The notes beneath the pieces were generated by a model. That model saw only the letters and a program-made list of their open reading frames with translations, was not told the origin of the DNA and searched no databases. The translations under genes were made by a program, and so were the position numbers. Positions 28,138 through 35,153 of a DNA stretch of 35,153 nt are shown here, piece by piece. Location of the stretch: positions 1-35,153 of the IMG/VR virus record IMGVR_UViG_3300027845_000007; one strand, 5' to 3'. The stretch is from a virus (Duplodnaviria > Caudoviricetes). Positions within the stretch are counted from its first letter, which is position 1. Each line of letters starts with the position of its first letter.

Positions 28138-30285
28138 ATGTTCGAGAAATACTATAACGAATATTTTGAAAAAGATCTAATTGTCATCCCATTGAGGGGA
28201 AAGATTCCCGTTCTTAAAAATTGGAGTCTCTTCGCGAAAACGCGTCCGAGCGAACTTCTCCTCGACTCATGGGAAAATAAATATAAAAGATTCAATATCG
28301 GTTTGATATGCGGCGAACTCTCCGGAGTGATCGCGATTGATATTGACAAAGAAGAGGCATTGAAAAAAGTCCCTCTTTCCCCGGTCACTAAAAAAGGGAA
28401 AAAAGGAGAGACGAGATTCTTTCGATATAATGGAGAAGTGAATTTCAAGCGTCACGATCTCGGGATTGAACTCTTGTCCAATGGAAATCAAACCGTCCTC
28501 CCTCCGTCGATTCATCCGGAGACAAAGGAGGCTTATGTTTGGAACGGACAATTCGATCTCTTGAGTTTTGATATTGAAGATCTCCCGATTCTCGATCCCG
28601 ATTGGTTGAGAGAGATCGGAATGATCCCGGTTGATAAACAAGTTTCATCCGGAAGGCATAATCGACTTATTGAAATTTGTTCGGCCATGTTCGCGAGAGG
28701 AGAAGATCCAACGGCGATCGCGAACGAGTTGATTCGATATGACGAGGAGAATCACTCTCCGGCGTATTTTACGGACGACTCCGAAGCTCATGGCGGAAAG
28801 GGATTCAATTCAGCTTTAAAGATGATCGCCTCCGTTTCGGAAACAATAACGAGAAGAGGAGGGGACGTCTCTCCCAAAAAGTTCGAAATCGTATTCGGCG
28901 AAAAGGAAGTCGAAAAAGCAATCGAAGAGAACGAGAAAAAAGAACAAATGAAAGAGGTTATATATCCGGAACCTCCGGGAATGATCAAAGAGATTCAAGA
29001 TCATATTCTTTCGATATCTCATAAGCCTCGAGATAAGTTCGCCCTGGCCGGAGCGTTGGGACTCATAGGAACTCTCCTTTCAAATAAGGTCAAGTTTCAC
29101 GAATCGACTCCGAACTTATATCAATTATTGATCGCGGAGTCGGGAGAGGGGAAAGACGTTCCGCTCAAGGCCCCGAAAGAATTATTGATCGAGGCCGGAT
29201 TGTTGCAATACGTCGGGCTTGAATCATATCGAGGGGACAAATCCGTCGTGAAAAAATTTGAATCCCAACGGGAACGAGTTGACACGCTGGACGAAGTGTC
29301 AAAACTTTTCCGCTCGATCAACTCAAAATCAAACACGTTTCAATCAAATATCGCGGAGACTCTCACGGAGATATGGAACTCCTCATCGAAGTTGTTTATG
29401 GGCCATACGACGGCCGAAGGAACGACGGGTATGGTTTTCAAGCCGTGTCTCTCTATAATGGGCGCGACGACTCCGAACTCGTTCTCCGAGACGTTCTCGA
29501 GTTCAAACTTGATGCAAGGATTCGGAGGTCGATTTGTTTATATATTTGATGATCGGAGAGTCAAGCTCAAGAGAGTGAGACGAAAGAAGTCTCCCGAAAA
29601 CGTCCTGGACTTTATAGAGTATTGGGGAACGCGGAACGTCGAGATCGAGAACGTCGATATTTCAAAGACCGCAACGTTTCATCTTGACTTGTCTCAAAAA
29701 AATCCTCAAACCGTTCAACTCAAAGATCTCGAGTGTCCGGAACCGATTGACCTTCCGATTCAAGAGGAGGCGGAAAAATTACTTGATAAGGCGAGTCAAT
29801 ATTTCGACGAATATCGTTATCATTGCGAGGAAATGATCATCCCGATTGTTCTTCGAGCATATCAACAAATCGAGAAGATAATGATTATAAGCGCGATCGC
29901 GACGGCCTGGGAGGAAAAGGGAGTCATAAATCCGGCCCCGATGATAAAAGCGTCGGACGTTCAATTCGCGTGGGAATACGTTGAGGCGACAATCAAATCG
30001 ACGGCTATCTTTTTCGGAAGGAACTTGATACAATCTAGTTTCCAACGAGACGCCCAAAAAGTCTTAAAGGTTCTTCGAGGTTTCCCGAAAGGATTATCGA
30101 AAAAGGATCTCACTTATAAGTTGAGAAACTCGTTTAAGGCGAATCAACTCTATAATAAGCGCGACGGGATTATCACTTCCTTATGCGAGGACGGACGACT
30201 CAAGGAGTTCAAGGTCAAACCCGACGAGGGGAAAGGCGGAACGGGGACAACTCTTTTCGTCTTAAACAAGGATCTTGATAATTAA
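28138..30285 (+). CDS. Bifunctional primase-polymerase fused to a DUF3987-like helicase
   Basis: NIGLICG..SGVIAIDID and VLPPSIHP..Y.W (Prim-Pol); GRHN.L (PriCT-like); AESGEGKD, DE, PCLSIMGATTP, GF..RF. Confidence 0.85.
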   Translation: MFEKYYNEYFEKDLIVIPLRGKIPVLKNWSLFAKTRPSELLLDSWENKYKRFNIGLICGELSGVIAIDIDKEEALKKVPLSPVTKKGKKGETRFFRYNGEVNFKRHDLGIELLSNGNQTVLPPSIHPETKEAYVWNGQFDLLSFDIEDLPILDPDWLREIGMIPVDKQVSSGRHNRLIEICSAMFARGEDPTAIANELIRYDEENHSPAYFTDDSEAHGGKGFNSALKMIASVSETITRRGGDVSPKKFEIVFGEKEVEKAIEENEKKEQMKEVIYPEPPGMIKEIQDHILSISHKPRDKFALAGALGLIGTLLSNKVKFHESTPNLYQLLIAESGEGKDVPLKAPKELLIEAGLLQYVGLESYRGDKSVVKKFESQRERVDTLDEVSKLFRSINSKSNTFQSNIAETLTEIWNSSSKLFMGHTTAEGTTGMVFKPCLSIMGATTPNSFSETFSSSNLMQGFGGRFVYIFDDRRVKLKRVRRKKSPENVLDFIEYWGTRNVEIENVDISKTATFHLDLSQKNPQTVQLKDLECPEPIDLPIQEEAEKLLDKASQYFDEYRYHCEEMIIPIVLRAYQQIEKIMIISAIATAWEEKGVINPAPMIKASDVQFAWEYVEATIKSTAIFFGRNLIQSSFQRDAQKVLKVLRGFPKGLSKKDLTYKLRNSFKANQLYNKRDGIITSLCEDGRLKEFKVKPDEGKGGTGTTLFVLNKDLDN

Positions 30286-30595
30286 AATTCTTAATATCTC
30301 AATGTTCAATTCTTATCATCTTGAAGGGTTTCTTCGGTTCTCCCTATATGGTATATATACGTTTATATATGTATTATATAAATATATTAGTTTTTTAAGA
30401 ACTATAAGAACAAGCATTGAGTCAAGAGAATTTTCTCAATCAAAACAAGAGGTTCCAATTTTGGAGGGTTTCATTTTCAAAAAGGAAAGTTCCAAGGAAA
30501 CTCCGCTATGACGCGAAGAGAATTGAGGAGAGTTTCACGGAGAGTTTCACTTTTCGAAATGAAACTTTCGAGTATATAAAAAATAAGGAGGACTT
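30286..30595. other. Putative replication origin (AT-rich tract plus iteron-like repeats)
   Basis: TATA-rich tract 30345-30390; GGAGAGTTTCAC tandem at 30527-30538 and 30539-30550, with related copies nearby; directly downstream of the primase-helicase gene. Confidence 0.65.
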
Positions 30596-30841
30596 ATGAC
30601 GGACGACAAATATTTGAGATTGAAAAGATTATTGAAATCGAAAGGGATTCACGACGTCGTTCTCAATATCGAAACACCGACAACCGATGCTCCATATATA
30701 TCGGGAACCGTTCATCCGGTTCGAACTCCCGTCCATACGGGAGAGATTATATTGAAGTTGTCCTATAAGGTTCGTCCGGACGATATGAGAGCGGTTGATC
30801 ATGCTCTCACGATATTGAAGGAACTCAAGGAGATCGAATGA
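30596..30841 (+). CDS. Hypothetical protein
   Basis: Strong RBS AAGGAGG. Confidence 0.65.
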   Translation: MTDDKYLRLKRLLKSKGIHDVVLNIETPTTDAPYISGTVHPVRTPVHTGEIILKLSYKVRPDDMRAVDHALTILKELKEIE

Positions 30842-30897
30842 TTTTCCGAGAAGTTCAATGTATAATTTTATTGATGAAACAAATAAGGAAAAATTAA

Positions 30898-31287
30898 ATG
30901 AGTTTTGATAAGCCGGATTGTTTTTTCCGAGAGGAACAAGTTTGGAACTCCGTTTATGATCACGGAAAACAAATCATCCGGACTCAAACTCGAAACAAGT
31001 GTATTCCGAAGATCGAAAGGATTCAAGTTTCCGATAAGGATTCCGAAGAGTCTTTCGTCTTTCCAAAAAATATAACGGCGTTTTCAATTCGCGACTCCGG
31101 AAACTCTCGAATGAGATATTCCTATGAGACGGGAGAAGTTGAGAACGTTTCGGGAAACTTTTTGGAGTTCGGGCCGTACGCGATTTATAAGGAGAGTGAA
31201 TTGAATCGAAAAGATTTTGACGATCTCACTCTTTATTTTTCAAGCTCGAAAGACAATAGAATCATTGAAGTTATTTATTGGACTTAA
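30898..31287 (+). CDS. Hypothetical beta-rich protein (possibly virion-associated)
   Basis: RBS AAGGA; TATAAT at 30861; first gene of a tightly packed block. Confidence 0.6.
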   Translation: MSFDKPDCFFREEQVWNSVYDHGKQIIRTQTRNKCIPKIERIQVSDKDSEESFVFPKNITAFSIRDSGNSRMRYSYETGEVENVSGNFLEFGPYAIYKESELNRKDFDDLTLYFSSSKDNRIIEVIYWT

Positions 31288-31299
31288 AAGGGAGAGTTT

Positions 31300-31896
31300 A
31301 TGAGTCACGAAAGAGAAACATTTCCAATCTTGGAAAACATTGAAAACGAAAAAGGAGAAGTTGTTCATAGGTTGAACGAAGGTGATCGTCCCGTTGCGGA
31401 TGATCTCACAACTAAAAAGAACGGCCTCATCGGTTTTTCATTTAAAGATAAGGACGGGAGAGTTGTTCTCCCTCAACTAAATAACGAAGGCGCGATCACG
31501 GTTTCATTTGACGCCGGAACGACAATTCGAGGACGAGGCGCGGACGTTGACGGAGACAAGGCCGCGAAGATGGTTCTTGTTGACTTGACGTTGACCGCCG
31601 ATCGAACTTATTCGAAATTATCCGCTCAAGGATCTTGTTTCCGAGACACGGAGTTCGAGGTTGTTTTGATTGATGATTCCGCCGGATCTCCGGTTGAGAC
31701 TCTCCTTGAAGAGTTTTTGACGGGGCCTGGACAATTCACAACGAAGTCGGGACTTGAAATCGACGAGTTTAATACAACCGGATTCTCGGGAGTTGTAAAA
31801 TTACAACTTCGCGCGATAAACTTGAATCGAGAATCAAAAACAATCGGTTCGATGAGTGTCAACGAGATAATCGCGAACACAACTCCAAACCCATAA
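31300..31896 (+). CDS. Hypothetical beta-rich protein (possibly virion-associated)
   Basis: RBS GGGAG; 198 aa. Confidence 0.6.
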   Translation: MSHERETFPILENIENEKGEVVHRLNEGDRPVADDLTTKKNGLIGFSFKDKDGRVVLPQLNNEGAITVSFDAGTTIRGRGADVDGDKAAKMVLVDLTLTADRTYSKLSAQGSCFRDTEFEVVLIDDSAGSPVETLLEEFLTGPGQFTTKSGLEIDEFNTTGFSGVVKLQLRAINLNRESKTIGSMSVNEIIANTTPNP

Positions 31897-31907
31897 GGAA
31901 ATGAAAG

Positions 31908-32219
31908 ATGAGTCATAATCTCCCCGAGTTTTCAGATAAGGCCTCCGACGGCGGCGTCAATAAAATTTTGACCGTCGCGGCCGGAGCGATCGAGGAACTC
32001 ATTGTTGTCGGAACCGAAGTTCAATTCGAAAGAGAATACGTTTCTTTCGAGGCCCTCGACACCGGAATGAAATGGGGATATTCCGGAGATCCGGGAGGAC
32101 AAATATTCAATTGCTATAAGTCGCAATTTTTTATCCTTCCTTTCGGCCCCGGGACTCGGATCTTTTTCTTAAACACGAAGGGAACTCCCGTCGATATTGC
32201 AATCGCGGAGGTTTCTTAA
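31908..32219 (+). CDS. Hypothetical small beta-sandwich-like protein
   Basis: RBS AAGGA; 103 aa with alternating hydrophobic pattern. Confidence 0.6.
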   Translation: MSHNLPEFSDKASDGGVNKILTVAAGAIEELIVVGTEVQFEREYVSFEALDTGMKWGYSGDPGGQIFNCYKSQFFILPFGPGTRIFFLNTKGTPVDIAIAEVS

Positions 32220-32744
32220 ATGGGCGCGCCGTTCACTTATCCCGTTTCATTCTCTCTCCCGTTCGAATCCGAACCGGATCGTTTGAACGGGTTTGTTTCA
32301 AAGAACGCTCAAGACGCGATCGAAGAGGCCCTCGCTCTCGCGATTCAAAACGATCGATTCCTTGTCCTCGCGAATTATGGAGGGAACGCGAACAACGGGA
32401 GAATCCTTGAGTTTTATCCTGGCCTTGATTCACAAGAGGCCCCCATTGTATTCGGGGCCGGAGGCGCGGCGGTTATTGCAATCACGGCGGCGACAACCGC
32501 GAACTCATCGAACGCGGAGATTTCATTTTATGACGTTGCCGCCGATCCGAATTTGAACTCGCCTCTTTATACTCTCGATATGAACGGACAAAAAACGAAA
32601 ACGGATATCGGTTTTCTCGGAACTCCCGGAGTTCCGGCGATCCCTCTTTTCCCAATGCCTCCAAGCGGAGAACTCGCGGTCAAGGTTTCGTCGTCGAGTA
32701 TTCAAAAACCTCATCTTCAAATTGTTTTTAGTTCGAGCTTATAA
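32220..32744 (+). CDS. Putative fibre/decoration protein
   Basis: GFVSKNAQDAIEEA resembles the NVQ.AI.E motif of phage fibres; beta-rich C-half. Confidence 0.55.
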   Translation: MGAPFTYPVSFSLPFESEPDRLNGFVSKNAQDAIEEALALAIQNDRFLVLANYGGNANNGRILEFYPGLDSQEAPIVFGAGGAAVIAITAATTANSSNAEISFYDVAADPNLNSPLYTLDMNGQKTKTDIGFLGTPGVPAIPLFPMPPSGELAVKVSSSSIQKPHLQIVFSSSL

Positions 32745-32753
32745 GGAAAGATT

Positions 32754-33404
32754 ATGATTATAAAAAACTTATTGAATCCCGGATCACCTCAAACGTTTGG
32801 AGGAGTTCAAATCGACGGAGACGAATCTTATTCAATCGCCGCGAGTGAACTCAAAGGATTTCAACTTGATGAGAAACTTTCAAACGCGTTGACAAGCGAT
32901 CCTCCGACCGCATCGATCGACGACGTGACCGGATCGGACGGTCTTGAAATACTTCTCGACTCATCAAACGAACCAACAATCACGGCCCCTTTCGCATCGA
33001 AAACGGTTGACGGGAAAAAGATCTTTCGAAGAAAACACGGAATCACTCAAGATTGTCCGGTCGGAAACACGACTTTCGAGTTCGTCGTTCCTTATGATCT
33101 CGTAAAAATAAACGAACTTGAAGTCGTCAACGGCCAGGCCGGAGACACGGTTGATCTTGTTGTTCACGACACTCCTCAAGGCCATATTCAAATGAGCATG
33201 GGCGTTCCTCCGGGATCGATTACTCCGAGCGCGCCATTGAATCAATTCGGTTTTGACGTCGCCCTTCCGGACGGATTCTTTCACGACGAATCTCAATACG
33301 ACGCCGATCTCATCAAGGATATGAAAATCGTTGTGACTTATAAAAACAACGGAAGTGAAACTTTTAAAAACGGAATGAATATTGTTTATCACGAATTGAA
33401 ATAA
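32754..33404 (+). CDS. Hypothetical protein (possibly virion-associated)
   Basis: RBS AAGGA; 216 aa. Confidence 0.6.
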   Translation: MIIKNLLNPGSPQTFGGVQIDGDESYSIAASELKGFQLDEKLSNALTSDPPTASIDDVTGSDGLEILLDSSNEPTITAPFASKTVDGKKIFRRKHGITQDCPVGNTTFEFVVPYDLVKINELEVVNGQAGDTVDLVVHDTPQGHIQMSMGVPPGSITPSAPLNQFGFDVALPDGFFHDESQYDADLIKDMKIVVTYKNNGSETFKNGMNIVYHELK

Positions 33405-33414
33405 AGGATTGAAC

Positions 33415-33675
33415 ATGGCCATCAAGAAAACAACAAAGATCGTGACCTTCGGGATTATCCCTTTGATGATTATTGGAGTTCTCATATATGACGTTTTCGC
33501 AATAAGCGAAGGCGGAACGGAGGCCTCAATCTCAAGTCTCTTGATCTCATGGTCTTATAAAATGCCTTTTTTGACTTGGAGTCTTGGATTCTTTCCGGGA
33601 GTCCTTGTCGGTCATTTATTTTGGAGAATGAAAGGAAACAAGGACACGATCGAGCTTGATGTAAAAGCAAAATAA
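33415..33675 (+). CDS. Small 2-TM membrane protein (holin candidate)
   Basis: Two hydrophobic segments with a charged C-terminus; RBS AAGGA. Confidence 0.5.
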   Translation: MAIKKTTKIVTFGIIPLMIIGVLIYDVFAISEGGTEASISSLLISWSYKMPFLTWSLGFFPGVLVGHLFWRMKGNKDTIELDVKAK

Positions 33676-33681
33676 TCCGAT

Positions 33682-33717
33682 ATTGTCCGGACAATTCTTT
33701 TCATATACAATTGAAGT
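33682..33717 (+). promoter_or_regulatory. terS promoter with a perfect 14-bp palindrome over the -35 box
   Basis: ATTGTCCGGACAAT (33682-33695); TTGTCC-17 nt-TACAAT(33706-33711), 6 nt before the ATG. Confidence 0.6.
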
Positions 33718-34260
33718 ATGAAAGAAGAGAAGAAAAACAAATTGACGGACAAGCAAAAAGCGTTTTGTCGCGAGTATCTTGTTGATTTCAATGGAACTCG
33801 AGCGGCGACCGCCGCCGGATATACTGAAAAGTCGGCCCGAGTTCAAGCGGCCAAAATGCTAACAAAAGGAAACATTCAAGACGAGATCAAACGTCTCGCC
33901 GATGATCTCAATAAGACTCACGGAAATTCAATTGAAAGAATCATTCTCGAATTGCAATTGATCGCGTTCGGCGATTATCAAGACCTTGTTGTTTGGGACG
34001 AACACGGAGTCAAGTCATGGGTTCCCTCTTCGGAACTCGGAGACAAATCAAGACTCGTTCAAGAGATCTCGGAGACGACAACTCAACACGGCGGATCTCG
34101 TAAAATAAAAACATACGATAAGGTTCGGGCCCTTGAAATGCTCGGGCGATATCATAAGATTTTCACGGATAAGGTTGAACACTCGAACCCGGACGGGACT
34201 CTCGCTCCGATCGTGAATATCGTTATTCCGTCCAATGGGCGAGAGGCGAAAGATGAATGA
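33718..34260 (+). CDS. terS: Terminase small subunit
   Basis: LTDKQKAFCREYLVDFNGTRAA..AGY, ELQLIAF and DKVRALEMLGR match the Terminase_2 pattern. Confidence 0.92.
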   Translation: MKEEKKNKLTDKQKAFCREYLVDFNGTRAATAAGYTEKSARVQAAKMLTKGNIQDEIKRLADDLNKTHGNSIERIILELQLIAFGDYQDLVVWDEHGVKSWVPSSELGDKSRLVQEISETTTQHGGSRKIKTYDKVRALEMLGRYHKIFTDKVEHSNPDGTLAPIVNIVIPSNGREAKDE

Positions 34261-34508
34261 CAAAAAAGAAAATAGACGCCGCCGGGTTTTGTATAACGTG
34301 CGGACTTCGAAAGGGAATACATAAGGTCGCGAACGATTCATTGAAAAGGATCGAAGAACTCGAAAAGGAAATCGAGGACGCGACAACAATCAACGCGGAT
34401 CTCGCGAAACAAAACGAACGAATTGAGAGAGAGGGAAATAAACTCAATGGCGAAAACCAACAACTCCGGAAAGAGTTCAAAGAACTCTCCGAATCAAAAA
34501 GTTTATAA
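34257..34508 (+). CDS. Hypothetical coiled-coil protein with CxxC..H
   Basis: ATGA overlap with terS; overlaps the terL start by 62 nt. Confidence 0.5.
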   Translation: MTKKKIDAAGFCITCGLRKGIHKVANDSLKRIEELEKEIEDATTINADLAKQNERIEREGNKLNGENQQLRKEFKELSESKSL

Positions 34509-35153
34509 TATAAGTCCCCAGGCCGGGCCTCAAACTTCGTTCCTTGAGAGCGAGGCGGATATTGTTATATATGGAGGGGCCGCCGGAGGGGGGAAAACTT
34601 ATGCGATCCTCCTCGACTTCCTTCGACACTATGAGAACCCGAAGGCCGGGGGAGTTTATTTCCGGCGAACATATACTCAAATTCGAAACGAAGGCGGCTT
34701 ATGGGACACGGCCGACGAAGTCTTTCGAAAGGTCGGAGCGGTTCCGAAAGAAGTTTCCTCTCAATGGGTTTTCCCGTCGGGCGCGGCGATCAAGATGGCC
34801 CATCTTCAATACGAGAAAAACGTTTATGATTATCAAGGTTCTCAAATCCCTGTAATTTATTTCGATGAGTTGACTCATTTCACGGAGAAACAATTCTTTT
34901 ATCTTATGAGTCGGAACCGATCAACGTCGGGAATCCGTCCTTATATGAGGGCGACAACAAACCCGGACGTTGATTCCTGGGTTCGAGAGTTTATTGATTA
35001 TTGGATCGACGAAGAGGGATTTCCAATCGAAGAACACGGAGGACAAATCCGTTTCTTTTATCGAGTCGAGGGGCGTCTTTATTGGGACTCTTCGAAAGAA
35101 TCTTTGATGAGTCGTTTTCCAAAACTCGCCGAACTCGCCGAACCGAAATCCGT
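34447..35153 (+). CDS. terL: Terminase large subunit, N-terminal ATPase part (missing from the ORF track because it runs off the end)
   Basis: My translation from ATG 34447 gives PQAGPQ, YGGAAGGGKT (Walker A), FRRTY, YFDELTHF (Walker B) and RATTNP, running into SLMSRFPK of ORF 50..859. Confidence 0.93.
   Translation, partial: MAKTNNSGKSSKNSPNQKVYNISPQAGPQTSFLESEADIVIYGGAAGGGKTYAILLDFLRHYENPKAGGVYFRRTYTQIRNEGGLWDTADEVFRKVGAVPKEVSSQWVFPSGAAIKMAHLQYEKNVYDYQGSQIPVIYFDELTHFTEKQFFYLMSRNRSTSGIRPYMRATTNPDVDSWVREFIDYWIDEEGFPIEEHGGQIRFFYRVEGRLYWDSSKESLMSRFPKLAELAEPKS
35055..35153. repeat. Right copy of the 99-bp terminal direct repeat
   Basis: Identical to 1..99. Confidence 0.97.

Noticed and set aside
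30440-30570. CRISPR array or DGR template repeat
   Set aside because: Repeats are about 12 bp, degenerate and irregularly spaced, and no cas or reverse transcriptase gene is present.
30275-30599. ORFs 30275..30511 and 30417..30599
   Set aside because: No RBS, atypical composition, and they lie on the AT tract and iteron repeats.
34544-34855. 103-aa ORF from the track
   Set aside because: It is an alternative frame over the terL ATPase domain.
137-34893. Numerous 60-170 aa antisense or shifted ORFs over major genes
   Set aside because: They are shadow ORFs without RBS or motifs, overlapping well-supported genes.
35055-35153. 99-bp repeat as a biological terminal repeat or att site
   Set aside because: It falls in the middle of terL and its length matches a common assembler k-mer, so it is best read as a circular contig overlap.
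1-35153. Genetic code reassignment as the cause of the missing CAG/CTG
   Set aside because: Genes read fully in the standard code, TAG, TGA and TAA all end genes (e.g. TAG at 5830 and 19590), and the depletion is not frame-specific.

Overview
The window is an apparently complete, circularly permuted tailed-phage genome of 35,054 bp plus a 99-bp end overlap (1..99 = 35055..35153). The overlap cuts through the large terminase gene. The + strand carries a late region: TerS/TerL, a portal fused to a Mu gpF-like domain, a Mu-like protease, decoration and capsid proteins, Mu gp36/gpG-like neck genes, a non-contractile tail (tube, G/GT-type chaperones, tape measure, tip, repeat-rich fibre) and membrane/spanin-like genes. 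A - strand early block (19.9-27.8 kb) encodes a Sak4-like ATPase, a DUF669-type SSB, an SF2 helicase, two DEDDh exonucleases, a C5 DNA methyltransferase, an amidase and a VRR-NUC nuclease. Divergent from it are an HTH gene, a primase-polymerase/helicase and a likely iteron origin. I saw no integrase, transposase, tRNA or CRISPR array. The most striking signal is a near-total genome-wide loss of CAG/CTG on both strands and in all frames, except inside CCWGG, alongside enrichment of several 4-bp palindromes. A shared GGACAA/TTGTCC operator-like motif sits at three late promoters and at the promoter of an RHH regulator inserted antisense in the tail module. All family calls come from motif recognition by eye, and all counts are manual estimates; no searches were run.
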